A stretch of 64,000 nt of DNA. Origin: Cyanophora paradoxa CCMP329 (lineage: Eukaryota; Plantae; Glaucophyta). This document shows positions 47,168-60,400 of this stretch, piece after piece. The position numbers and the translations under genes are program-made. The stretch spans positions 62,001 through 126,000 of the forward strand of contig QPMI01000626.1 in assembly GCA_004431415.1 (NCBI GenBank), given 5' to 3'. Position 1 is the first letter of the stretch, and each line of letters opens with the position of its first letter. The notes beneath the pieces are model-generated. The model did no database searches. It was not told the DNA's origin and saw nothing but the letters and a program-made list of their open reading frames with translations.

Positions 47168-48001
47168 AGTTCGAAATTTAGCATGCTTTACGCGTGCGAA
47201 AAGCCTCCGAATTCCAGTCTGAACCGAAAAATCGATCCTGCACGTGCCTCTCTAACTTTCCATGCACCCACACTGCTCCAGCTCTCAAGAATATTTGTGC
47301 ATGCTCTTGTAATTATATATAATGTTTATCTGGCGATTTGTTTGCTGCTTGACGACGCCAGGCCTAGGCCTCCGCAGCCCTGCGAATTTGAAACAGATCT
47401 ACGTGTCTGTTCTGATTTAAATCGAGGTCCCTCCCCTTCTAGATAACTTTATGGAATGTGCATGGGTGGGAAGCGGTGGGGGGAAGGGGGGGGGGGCCCT
47501 TCCCCGCGTGAGCGGCCGCGGTTGTCTTGTTTTTTTGTAAGCTTACAATTCATGCCCCACCTTGCCTGTATACGCCCCCACAGTGCTGGAGTAGACTAGA
47601 GGCTGTGGCCGGTAATTCACCAAAACAAATACAATTTATAATTATATAATTAAATATAATTTCGACTCAGGCCTAGTAATCACAGCTATAGCTATATAGC
47701 TAGCTCTAGTTATTGCTCTGCAGGCACTGCTCACGGCAGCCCGCGGCCGCATCCGCATCGATGAAATGATTTGACGACATGAATCAAAGAACATGTCATA
47801 CAATTAATTATGATACATCGAAATCGTTGTGTACAAGAGACTACATTGCAATTTGCAAATCGACTCGGCGAAGCGCGGTGGTCGCGATCGATAATTGAAT
47901 CGAATTCATAATAAGATCGCAATTCATAATAGGCCCAAGCAATGCGGCGCCGGCGCCGGCGCGGCCTCGCGGGCCACATGCCTGGCCACATAGATGCACG
48001 G

Positions 48002-51000
48002 CTACGGCGGGAACGACTCCGGGAAGAGGTAGAAGTATATGTTCGCCTGCGCCGGGGGTGGGGGGGGTACCGGTCGCAATGAGTGGGCGCCGGGTAGCCG
48101 GGTAGCTAGTGTGCACGTGCATGCACCTGGCGGTAGATGCCAAGGAAGGATATCGAGGTGCACACCATGAAGGTCATGCCGAGCAGGCCCGCGTTGTCTC
48201 TGCCGGGGCCCGATGAGATCCAATCAGAGACGGAAAGGAGAGCGGAGCCGCGGCGCCGGCGCCGGCGCCGGCCGATCGCGAACCGAAGGAACCGCCAGGA
48301 GGACGTGAAGGCGAAGCGGTCCTTCAGGCGCGGGAAGAGAAGAGCGGCGACGTGAAGGGCGGCCACGACGGCGCCGTTGGCGCCGGCGGTGAGCAGCGAG
48401 AAGGTCAGCGCCGAGGCGCACCTGTCGATGAACTTTAACGTTAACGGTCTTGTTAACGTGTTCGATTTAGCTTTATTGTCCCGTTCATTATTCCGGCGCG
48501 ACCCTATAGTTATCATGGCATTTAATATATATCATCATGGGGCGAGAAGCTTAAGGTGAGCGCCGAGGCGCACGCGGCGTCGTCGAAGGTGGCAGGGGAG
48601 TAGGGGAACGAGGCGGCGCCGGGGCCCCAGCGCGCCACGGCGACCGCTGCGACGAAAACCGCGGCGGCCACCCAGGAGACGACGGCTTGCCAGAGTATCA
48701 TCGAGCTGCGGCGAGCCGAAGGGTCGGAAAGGGCCGGGGGGGGGAAGGGGGGGGGAACGGGGGGGGGTACCGGATGCCGGTCTGGACGTTGTAGACCCAC
48801 AGGTCTTCCCCCGCATCGCCCCCGTCGCCCCTGTACCCCCCCTCTCCCTCTTCTGCCTCCGACGGCCGGGGCATCCCCCCCTCGAGGGGGCGGACCTCCA
48901 CTCTGCTGGCGTTCCCGTCCGGATCCGGATCCGGATCCGGCGCGAGGTCGACATCGACGTCCTTGCTCGAGGGATCCGGGGGCGCGCGGCCGTCCGATGA
49001 TGAAGGGGCCGAGCTGGCTGCAGCTGGCGGTGGCGGATCCGGGCCGGATCCGGAAAAGAAGGCCGGGCCTGGATCCGGACCGGCGCTGGGGGCTGCAGGG
49101 GCCGAGAGCCGGCGGAGCCAGGCGACTACGCGCCGGGCGAAGGGGCGGGCGACGCGGCGGGCGAGGAGGGAGACGGGTACAAGGAGGAAGACGATGTCCG
49201 ACGCCAGCGACACGAGGTACACAGCCACGGACTGGACCTAGAGGAAGCACGAGATCAAAAGATAGTGAGATCTACATATAACTATATATATGGGGGCAAC
49301 GTAGTACCTGAAAGTAGGAAAGCAAGCGGAAGACGCGCACGGCCAGCCTGCTCAAACACGCATCCGATCAGGCGTGGCCGCGGGCGGCCGGGCGGTGGCC
49401 AGCGGGATCGGAGGGCGGCGGCATAGCGGGGCGAAACGCTGGGCGGAATTTGAGTCGAGTGCTAGTGGAACCTAAGAAGCGCCGGTCGCGGCAGGGTCCC
49501 ATGGTGCCGTCGGAGGGCCGTGTTGTGGTCTATGCAGCAGCATACTAGCCTATAGCTAGCTAATTATATGCTTTAGCTTGGCCTTATCCTCGGCCTTGAG
49601 CTCAGCCGGTGCGCGCACAGCATGGTCAGGGCCTGGATCACGGCGGCGTCGCCGTGGGGCAGGGCGGCGGCGAGGGGCCGCCCGAAGGCCCGCAGCTGGA
49701 GCAGGACGACGAGGTACACGAGGTCAGAGCCGGGCTAGCTAGGCTTCCGGACCTCGGGGCGGGGCGGGGCTGGGCGGGGCGGGGCGTGCCTGGAGCAGGA
49801 CGATGAGGTAGCAGACCAACGAGCTCGTCGCGTTGATGAGGACCTGCGGGTCCGGGCGCTCGCTAGAATTCGGGGGAAACTGCGGCGTGTCTGCAGGCCT
49901 AGGGCTAGAACGCGGACGGGGCGGGGCGGAGCGGCCGCCGCGGCGCTGCACCAAAGGCGGGGCGGGGCGGGTCGGGGCGGGGGGCGGGGGGCAGAGAAGG
50001 GGGCGGAGGGGGGGCAGTGGCGGGGGCGGGGGGGTCGGACCTGGGCGACCGAGGCGCGGGCAACGGAGAAGAGGAATAGGTAGACGTAGAGAACGAACAT
50101 GATGAGCATGTTGACGGCCTGCGCGCGCGCGGGCGCCCGGGCCCGAGCCCGTGCCCGGCGTCAGTGCGCATGTCGTGTTACGTTACGTTACGTTGTGTTT
50201 TGATTTGCATGATGTGCACGCATGCGCGCGCGTGCCCCGGGACGGCCGCGGGCCGGGCCGGGCCGGTCACGCTCTATTCAGATCCTCTATCGCGATATGG
50301 GAGCCCGGGCGCGCTTGCCGCACCTGAAGCTTTCCGAAGGTGGCCACGGCGCGGCCGGGGTCTGCGGGGCCCGCCTCGGGCCCAGGCCCGGGCCTGAGCT
50401 CGCCCGCCAGGCCTGCCTCCGAGTAGACCGGGGCGGATCGCCGGGCGAAAAGGCGAGCGTGGAGGCGGGCGCAGATTTGGTTGGTGAGAACGAGGTAGAA
50501 GAGGCAAAAGACGTAGCCGAAAGGCACGCCCGAGACTGCGCGCGCGCACGCCCAACGATCAGCGCGGGCGGCGTTGAGCCTGGGGCGCGCGCGCGCGCGC
50601 ACGGTCGATGGCGGCGTTGGTGGCGGCAAAGAGGACGGGGGCGCAGACGACGAAGAGAGGGACGTAAGAGGGGGCGATGCGGCGGGGCGGGCGCCTCAGT
50701 AGGACGGAGAAGACAACGCTGGAGTTGGCGGCGCCGCCGATGCTGCCGGCGAAGGCGAAGAGAAGGGAGCGGGCGACGGGATTCCGCACGGAGTGGTACG
50801 GGAGGCCGAACTGGAGGGCGGCGGCGGCCGCGGGGCCCGCCGTGATGATAGCGAGGGCCCGCACGTTGGCCCAGAAGCCGCCGCCCGAGCCGGCGGCGGC
50901 GGCGGCGGTGGCGGGCGCCGGCAGGGAAGGGGTCGAAGGCGGCTGGGGGCTTGGCGCCGCTTCGAGGGCGCCCCGGAGGAGCCGCCAGAAGGCGCGGGAT

Positions 51001-51439
51001 TCTTCGGCGGGGCCGACGTCTTCGGCGTCGGCGGGCGCCGTCGCCCTTGCCGCCAATGCGGCGCGCGCGCGCGCCCGCGGCTCCGCATCCGGCCGCGGAT
51101 CGGGACCCCCGCGCTCGCTGGCGCTTCGCCGCCGCGCCCGCAGGCCGGCGCCGATGTCGATCGGGGGGGCGGCCGCGGGGATCTGCGCATGCATCCGCGG
51201 CGACGTGTCGTTCAGCGGGACGTACGATACGACCGCACGCCCTGCAGCTGGCGAAGGGGCCGCGGCCGCCATCGCTTCCTGTTGGGTGCACGCTGGTTTA
51301 AGAAGCTTGAGGGCGCGACCGGGCGCCAGCGCACGCGCACCGGGTCCGCGGCCGCGGCTGGATCTGCTGGATGTGCATGTGGATCGTCGCGGGGATGCGC
51401 GGTGGGACTCGGGGGCGACCGTGAATGGATGATATACAT
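48002..51439 (-). CDS. Unknown multi-pass membrane protein, copy B
   Basis: Colinear paralogue of 41510-45070 with the same exon structure: MYIIHSRSP..ADP|EAMAAAAP..ANIYFYLFPESFPP*. Confidence 0.72.
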
Positions 51440-51792
51440 GCGGGCATGTGCAACGCCTCAAGCACAGTCGGTCACTCCGCAGCGGCACCCCCGGAGCCAT
51501 TTAGGTGGTCTGCATATGAGCAATCGGATCAAAGAGAGCCTCGAAGCACGCGTTGTGCGCGGGCTGGACTGACGCCGGGTGAGGCGCTCCGGCAATCGCA
51601 TTATACGGAGCGGCGCGCGGCGCTGAAGAGGTCACCTCGGGGCGCCATCCTAGAGAGCGCTCTGAACAAGAGCTACCGGTACTGGTAGGCTGGATCCAGG
51701 GATCCGTCCATCCTCTTCACCGGGCAGTTATACGGTATCCCCCGTCTGCGTACCCCGGCAGTGCTCCTGCAAGTTGCCTGCAACTTCCGCCC

Positions 51793-53502
51793 ATGGACGG
51801 CGGCTCGGCCGGGGACGACTTCATAGGCGTGCACTGGGACGTGCTGGAGGCGCGTTTGAATCCCGCAGAGGCGCCCCGGGCGCGCACGGCCGCTGAACTC
51901 CGCGCAGGGCGAGGACGGGGGCGAGGAGGCGATCGGCGAGCGCCACATCGCCGAGTACTCCATCCCGAGCCTGCCGCGACCCGTGCGGGTCAACCAGGCG
52001 CGCCGCAGCCCCGCCGCGAGCTCGAGCGCGAAGCGCCCCGCTGATCATGAGCGCGCGCCGGGTGCAGAACCCCGCCAAGGGCATCGCGTTCGCTGTGTGG
52101 AACGCGGGGACAGTGCTCGGCGCGTACCTCGCGGAGATGGAGCAGCGCGCGCTCCGCGAGACCGGCGCGAGCGCCTTCGAGGGACGGCGGGTCGTGGAGG
52201 TTGGCGCGGGTACGGGGATCACCGGACTCGCGTGCGGAATGCTCGGTAGGCTTCCCTGCGCCGCCGCCGCTGCCGCGCAGCGCTGCGCCCGCGCGTCCGC
52301 TCCCTGAGCTCAAGCCGCCCCGCAGGCGCGCACGTCACGCTTACCGACCGGGACCCCGTGCTGCCCCTCCTGCGGGCGAACGTCGAGGCGAACGGTCTCC
52401 AGGACCGGGTCTCCGCGGCCGCACTGAACTGGTCCGCGTCGCGCCCCGCCCGCGCCCCTCGCCGCCCTGCCCTCAGGCCCTCCAGCTAGCTTTGGACTAA
52501 GCTAACCGTAATGCTTAGGGGCGACGCACAGGGCGCGCGGGAGGTCCGCGGGGCCCGCCCCGTCGACTACGTCGTCATGGCCGACGCGCGTACCCCCCGC
52601 GCTTCACCCCCCCCCCGAACTAAACTCGTACCCCCCAGGTCCTGTACCTAGAGGAGGCGTTCGACGACCTCCTCGCGACGCTGCGGGACCTCTGCGACGG
52701 TAGCCCCCGCGCCGTCGTCCTCAACTGCTACCAGGCGCGCATGCGTACCCCCCTTCCCGCCCCGAACCTCCAGCTACCCGTACCCCCAGCTAAGTTATTC
52801 TCCGCCCCCGGCCTCCGCAGGAGAGGAGGGGGGAGCCGGGATTCTTCGAGAGGGCCGCGCGCCATTTCGATGTCGAGGAGGTGCGGCCCCGGCGTCTGTA
52901 CCCCGTATCTCTGATCTTCTTAGATGCCGTACCCCCGCCCCGCTTGAATGCCGAGAGGAGTCTTTCTTCGAGCTTCCCCTCCCTCATTCCTCCCCCTCCC
53001 GTCTCTTAACCCCATGCCCCTCACCCCCATTCCCCCAATCCCCCTTATGCCAAGGTGCTCTGCTCTCCCTTCTTCCAGCTCCTCCCCCACACCCCTCCCC
53101 CCCCCCCCCCCCGCCCCTCCTCCCTCCCTCCCTCCTCCCTTTCCTTCCCCCCAGCCTCCTTCATCCGAACACGACAGCCTTCTTCCCCCCTTCCCCGCCT
53201 CCCCCCTGCATCTGGCGCCCCCCGCTCGCCTCCCTCACGCCGCCGCTCCGCTCCCACAACTGCGAACTCCACAGCCTTCTTCCGCCCCCCCTTGCCCCGC
53301 CTCCCTCCCTCTGGACCCTAGGCCTGCAGCCGCAGCCGGCGCCCCCCTCTCGCCCCGCGCACCGTCGCTCCTCTCACGCCGCTCCGCTCCCGGGCCGCCT
53401 CAGGTGGCCGACGCGGAGGCGCTGGCAGCGCACAGGCGGGAGCGCCCCGAGGTCGCCCTGCACATACACAGGCTCACGCCGCGGCCCGGCGCGCCCGGGT
53501 GA
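51793..53502 (+). CDS. METTL21/EFM-like protein-lysine methyltransferase, copy B
   Basis: Same 8 exons as copy A. Ends ALHIHRLTPRPGAPG* (TGA 53500-53502). Confidence 0.9.
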
Positions 53503-54482
53503 GCGATGGGCGATGGGCGCCGCCGGGCCGGGCTGGACGACGCCCTTTTGAGGCCCGCGCGCCGGCCGGGCCTCTTCTGAGGTCGAATATTTGATGGAGC
53601 CGCCGAGTGTATCTTTTCAGCCGCTGGAGTCGCCTCCTTAATAATGAGTGAATATATCTTCTTCTGAGAGCGGATGATCATATGATCATCTGAGAGATCG
53701 GGGCCCACGTGCAGCTCGCCGGACATATATATCTAGAGACCCGGCCGCGGGCCCGATCGCGAGCGCTGAGCCCCGGCTGATCATGAGCGCCTTTAATTTA
53801 GACCTGCGGAGCTATATTCATGAGATTCAATATATAATTTGCTTCGATGCCAAGATGCCGAACAAGGACTCCGAGGCTCAAAGCGTCTCTCTTCAGAGCT
53901 TCAGAGCTCGAGCGCTCTCAGAGCTCGAGCGCTCTCTTATGCTTACCTATCTTGAACCTTAGGGCACATGTACACATCTCGACAATATACCTATCTACAG
54001 AAAGAGAAATCACGGTGAATGCCACCAGCTGCAGAGCGGCCGCGCGCGGGCACTTCATTTTCAAGCCGTGACGCGGGGCACCGGCCCCTGGAAACGGAGC
54101 GCGAATTCAGACGGCCGAATTCGAATTCGACGAGCGACGAGCCGCCACGGAGGCGGGGGCCCGCGGACGCGCTCCGCTCACCTCGCGGCCGAAGACTTCG
54201 AATGGCGCGGCAGCAGCCGCCCCGGAGAAGTTCTGCGCACGCAAGAAAAGTGTCATGTACATGTACGTATGCTCAACTGAGAACGAACCATGCTTATGTA
54301 ACGCTATGCGCTGGTTACAGTTATCACGAATTAAAGCTCTCCGCGCTTTCGTGCTCTTTCAGAAGTGCTCTGAGAACTAGATAGCTAAAGCTCGGCTATC
54401 ACAAAGCTCTCCTCCGCGCGCGCTAGATAGCGAAAGCTCGACTATGATGGCAATATTTTAAGCGGGGTTGGAGCGTATCGAC

Positions 54483-57400
54483 TTAGGAGCGAACCGTGGC
54501 GCGGGGCCCCTCCGGCCCGACCTCCAGGTCGAACCGCGCGCCGCCGAAGTGCAGGCCCCTGCCGCAGTACACGCGGCGGTTCTCGTCAGAGGCGCGGCCG
54601 CTGTATACGTATCTCTCAAAAAAATCCATGGCCAATCGGGCTGACCGGACGGCGATGCGGAGGCAGGCGGCGGGGAGGCAGGGGGCCACGAAGAGCCCTT
54701 CCTTCCTGATGCGGATCCCTGCATAGGCGGGGGGCGTGAGGGGCGAGAGGCGGCGGCGGGGGCGGCCTAAGGGGCACTCTAGGGCGGACAGGCGGATCGG
54801 GCGGAGGTAGCGTATCGATTTATGTTGTTGAAACGGGTTTTGAAACCGCTCAGACTGCTCGGAACTGCCGGCCGGGCGCGGCCTCGGGGGCGCGCACCGG
54901 CGAAGCCGTTGAGGACGAGCTGGAGGAGCCCGCCGAGCCCCGTCTGGAACGAGATCACCTGAGGCGGGGGGGGGGGATTCGAAGAGGGACGGGTAGAAGG
55001 AGAAATGGGCCTCGAAGTCAGATCCGAAGGGCCGGGGGTAGGCGGGGCGGGGGGGCGCGCGCGCCTCGTTCGCGGGCGACTCGCTGCGAAGCGGAGGCGG
55101 CGGCGAGCGCTTCAGCTCGAGTCGCGCGCGAATGTGGCGGCGGCGGCGGTGGGGTACACCTGACGAGGAGGAAGGGTCCGCGGAAGTGGGGCAGCAGTTC
55201 GAGAAGGCGGCCCCACGCCGCCTCCGGCCTGCCGGGGGCGAGGGCGTCGGGGCGGGGCGGGGCGGGGCGGGCGGGGCGGGAGGGGGATCGAGGGGCGAGG
55301 CAGAATAAAGAAGGTAGGGGCGGATATCTAGATTTGGAGGGGGCGACGGGGCCGGGCCCGGGCCGGGCGCGCGCCTGCAGAGCTCCGCGTCGACAACGCC
55401 GTCGAGGGCGGACCCCATCATGATCTTCTTCGCAGGGTACTTGGCGCCTTCAGAGGCGTTAACGTTGATCATGATCGGGATCGAAGATTTGCTTTGGGGC
55501 GGGGCGCGGGCGAACTGTAGTAGTCGACCACGTTGGCCTGAACGGAGAACGCGCTCGTGAGCTGTAGCTATATATAGCTGGCCAGAAGGGCCGGGGAGGG
55601 GCGAGCTCGCGGGGGCTAGCGATGGGTCCCAGAGAACGCGCGCGCTCGTGAGCCGTGGCTGGATGGAAGGGCCAGGCCAACGTCGTCGGGCCGGGAGGGC
55701 TGGCCGGAAGCTTAAGCCTAAAGGGCTACGAAGCCTAACGAGCGCTAACGAGCGCCCCTGTAGCTTAGCTGAGCTACAGCTTGCCCATCTAGGAGGGGCG
55801 AGGAGGGGGCTAGCGATGGGTCCCTGGGTACACGCGCGCGCGCCTTGACGTCATCGTCCATGGGCATCTCGTAGGGGTAGATCATCAGCGCCGTGTCCGC
55901 CTGCCGGGCGGGGCGGGCCGGGGCGGGTGACGGTAAGGCCTAGGCCTAGGGGGTGATAGGAGGGGATAGGAGGGGGGGAAGGGGGAGGGGGGCGGAGGAG
56001 GAGGGGAAAGAAGGGGAAGGGGAGTGGGGGCGAAGAAAGGGAGGGGGTAATGGGAGCGGGTCGGGCCGCTCGAGGAGAGGGACGGAGGGAGGGAGGGAGG
56101 GAGGGACAGAGGGACAGAGACGGAGGGACAGAGGAGAGAGACGGAGAGGGAGGGGAGGGGGGGGGGAGGGGGGGGGAGGGGGGGGAAGGGGGGGGGCGCG
56201 ATCGGGTCGGGACGGGTCGGGTCGGGGCGGGCGCGCCTGCTTGATGGTCTCGCCGTTGTACCCGTCGTACTCGACGTACCGCCGCGCCTCCTCGTCAAAG
56301 GGGTACCTGCGCATGCGCGGCACCGCGTAAGACTCACGTATCAATATCCGCAGCGTCTGGGTGACGATCTAGCTATAGATCGCTGATCTATGCGCGCGGC
56401 TGCGCGTTCGCAAGGCCTAGAGGCGGCCGCCGGGAATTCGAGAGGCGGGCGCACCAGAGGCGGTCGGCGATGTCGTCGAAGGTGTCCGCCGGCCCCGACG
56501 GCTCCGGGATCGGCGGCCGCGCCTGCCCATTCCAACAATATGTATGAATAAATCTTCCATTAGATACTTAAGCCTAGTCCTGCTTATAATTTTATTAGAT
56601 CCTTCTCAGGGGGCCGCTCCTTAACGTCGAGATCTAGATCGGAGGAGAGGGGGCCGGGGCGGCAGGCTGGGCGGGCGGGCCGCTCAGACCCTTCTTCGGG
56701 GGCCGATCAGCGGCTCCGAGGCTCCCTAGCATCAAGATCTAGATCGAAGGGGAGGGGCCGGGGGCGGGCGGGGGGGCGGGCGGGCGGACGGGCCTCGCGC
56801 ATGAGGGCGGCGGCGAGGCGGAGCGTGAAGGCCGCGCCGTAGTTCGTGCTCGCGTTGTTGCTGCGCGCGCTCGTGCGCCGCATCGAATTCAATTAAATTG
56901 TGAAGTAAAGAGTCTCAAGAGCCAGGCTGATCATGATAAAAAATAAGCCCTCTAGCCCTTCTAGTTCTCCGCGCGGAACAAGAAGCAGGTGGCTATGGCA
57001 ATGGGGCATCCAGCTGGCCACGGCCACGCACTTTTGGATTTGGGCAAACTCGTCCGCGCAGTAGACGCCCAGGAGCTGCGCCGCGGGTGTGCCTCCTGTC
57101 AAAACAGAAGCTAGCGCTAGTAGCATCAGCTCCGCCAGCTCTAGATGTGTTACCGCTCTAAATATTCTGCATCTATATCTGTCCAGCGCACGTACCTCGT
57201 ACCGGTCTTTTTCGGCGTTGTAGTGCACGCGGGACGCCCTGCGACCCCCCGGACCGCCCGCCCGTCAACGGATAGACCGGCCAGACAGCAAATTCAAAGA
57301 TCTAGATCTAGTTCGAGATGATTGGAATCAAAGGCGCACGGCGTCGGCGCGAATATAGATCTTAATATAAAGACGCGAATTCGGGACCGAGGGGGGCGCG

Positions 57401-60400
57401 CCAGTAGAGGGCGGACTGGATGATGATGTCGCGACCGCCGCCGGGCCGCTCGAAGAAGGCGGCATCCCCCGACGTCAGGTAGTACTGCCGCGAGCAGTCA
57501 GCGCAGGGGCGGGGAGGGGGCGGGGGGGGGGGGGGGGGGGGGGGGGGGGAGGGAGGGAGGGGGAGGGCGGGAGGGGAAGGGCTGGGGGAAGGGGTACTAC
57601 GACGAGCGGAGGGCGGGCGCGGGCGCACGTGCCACTGGGCGAGCGCCACGTCGCTGTTCACGTGCCTGCGCTCATGATCACGTCGCTTCTGGGGCCGGCG
57701 GAGGCGAGAAGGGCGGCCCGAGGGAGGGGCGGGGCCCCCGGCGCGGATGCGCGCGCGCCTCTGGTCCCGGGAGAGGCTAGGGGCTGGGCGGGGCGGCCCA
57801 GGCGCCCCGGGGGAGGGAGGGCTCGGAGGCTAGGGGCGGGGCGGGGCGCCCGAGAAGGGGGGGGACTGGAGCGAGGGAGGGGCTCTCGGACGGAGGCGGC
57901 GCGATCGCGCTCGCGGGGGGAGGGCGGGGGGGCGCGGGCGCGGGCGCGCCTCTGGTGGTGTATGATCTCGTACGGGTGCGGGACCGCTTCCTGCGCACGC
58001 GCGGAGCTTTGGGAGAAGCTTGCTTGAAGCCGAGCCTTGGGAAAGACGAGGAGGAACTAGACGTGGCATCGAAATCCCTCGAAGATCTAGAGCGCACCTC
58101 GCCCGTGTCGGCCGACTCCCACGCCCAGCAAGCCCCCTCGTACCCTGCCGGGGGCATCAGGACCCAAACCGTGCGGTGGGAACTACGGAGCAGGGCCGGC
58201 GCGGGCGGGGCGGGGGGCGCGGGCGGGGCGGGGGGCGCGCGCCGTCCTGCTTGGCGTTCTGGAGGGCGCCTGGGAGGGTACGCGCGCGATACTTGGCGAT
58301 AGAGGCCGCCAGCTCCGGCCGCAGGAGCGCCAGCGGGGGGAAGACCCACCTGCTCAGATCAAGTAAGATGAGAAGGGATCGGATCACGAATCGATCGAAC
58401 TGGATTCAATGATGTTGGATGGAGGATCCGGAACTCTAAATAATAGCCCGAGATATCTATAGAAAAGGAAGAGGCTTAAGAAAGCTTAAGAGGGCGCACA
58501 TGTCGGCGTCCCAGAAGACGCGGCCGTTCCAGAAGGGGCCCGAGAGGCCTGTGTGTGCCCCGGGCCCGTGCACAGCCCCGCCGTGAGTTCGCGAGCGGGG
58601 GCGATATCGATCGCGACGAGCGATAGCGCTAGCGGGAGAAGGGGGATTAAACTTTGAAGGCTTTGAACCGAAAGCGTTTGAACTGAAGGCCTATATCAAA
58701 GTATAGCTATATAGCCAGAATCGCTTGCTCGCTTTCTATAGCTTGCGTTCTTTTTATATATAGCTGGATCCCTTGCTCGCGCCCTGCCCACCGGCGGGCC
58801 CGAGGCTCCAGGCGACGTCCTCGCGCAGGTTGCTGTAGAGCTGGAACAGCGCCCCGTTCAGCAGCTGCGACGAGAAAGGAAGAGAGGGACGAGAAACGTC
58901 AGCGCTCGCAATGCAATCAGGATGGGATCAGAGGGCCGTGCGCTTGGGGAGGGGTCGGGGCCTCGCCTTCTGCAGCCGCGGGTTCTCGACCTCGATGCGG
59001 CTCTCCCAGAGGCGCGCCCACGCCGCCTGCGCGCGCGCGGCGTCAGACCCTGGCATCGAAAAAGATCCCTAGGGCCTAACATGTTAAAAGGTATTCGCTC
59101 GCTGCTTCGAGTTTAAGAAAGGGGCCGGGGCCCTCGAGGGCCCCGCCGCGGGTCGTTCCGGATATTTCAAGAGCAGATTCTTGTTCTTTTACTCGAGGCT
59201 TGAATTCTTTTTGTTCGCGATATATATAGCAATAGGGGCGGGGTACGCACGCAGTGCTCGGCGCGGTCGCGCTCGAAGTCCGCCCCCTCGAGCACAAGTT
59301 CTGCCGCCTGCAGAACAGACGAACGAACGGATGTTGGATCGCATCTGATTCGAAGGGCTGGCAGGGCGGGGCGGGGCGGGGCGGGGCGGCGCCTGGAGGA
59401 GGGCGGGAGTGGAGCCGGCGGCGTCCTATATATAGCTAGGCCTAAAAAGGATCAAGCAGACAACCGTATACGGCATCAGAGCTGCTTTTCAGCGTATACG
59501 TACTCGCCGGAAAGGCGGAGGAGGGCAGGACTTGAAGCTTAAGGGGCGGAGGAGGGCAGGGCTTGAAGGGGCTTATCGAATCAATCAGAAACACTTGGCT
59601 TACAAGGCGTAGTGTTTCTTGCCAAGTTTAAGCTTGGTAAAGCTTAAGCGGGGCTGGCGGGGCGGGCCGGGGGCGCGGGGCACCTGGAGGGGCCCGCTGG
59701 CGGCCAGGCCGACGCCGCCGGGGGACCCGTCGCAGTCCTCGCCCTGCCCTCAGATCAGATTGGATCAGATCTGAGCCGAACTTAGAGGGGGGTAGCGGCC
59801 GGACCGTGCAGAGGGCGACCGTCTGTGCTCGAGCAGGGCGGGGCGGGAGGGGGCGCGGCGGGGCGGAAGCACGCGCGTCAGACGCTCACAATCAGGCGGG
59901 TCGAGCCGCACTAAGTTTTATACGGCAGCACATCGAGCAACCGAGGGAATCCCCAGGCCAAGAAAATCCGACGGGCGCGCGCCGCCTAAGCCGTTTAATT
60001 TAAACCATTGAAATGCCCAGAACTCTTAACTTTTCGAAATGAAATCGCGACGTCCTCTAAATCACGAGAGCCTGCCCAGCCCCGCGTCGCGATCGTGAAG
60101 CCCATAAAATCGTGAAGCACTAAATCTTATATATAAACACCCTGATCTGGCATAGATTGCCTCATAGGAAACCGACGCGCGCCTTGACGACGCGATAGGA
60201 GCGGCCGGGCCGCACGGCCAGGGTCGCTGATACCTCTAATCATAGATTATAACCCGATCTAGCATTTATTATTGTCTCTCTAAACCCAGAACCAACGCAT
60301 ATATGTAGCGCACCTTGACGACGCGGTAGGAGCGGCCGGGCCGCACGGCGAGGGTCGCCTCCCGGGCCAGGAGGCCCCCCGCGGGGTCGGACGAGGCGCC

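Larger units (their letters stand above)
41505..53499. repeat. Tandem segmental duplication of a divergent gene pair (~41505-47008 vs ~47998-53499)
   Basis: Exons are highly similar, and introns and the bidirectional promoter are still alignable. An unrelated AT-rich spacer of about 1 kb separates the copies. Confidence 0.92.
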
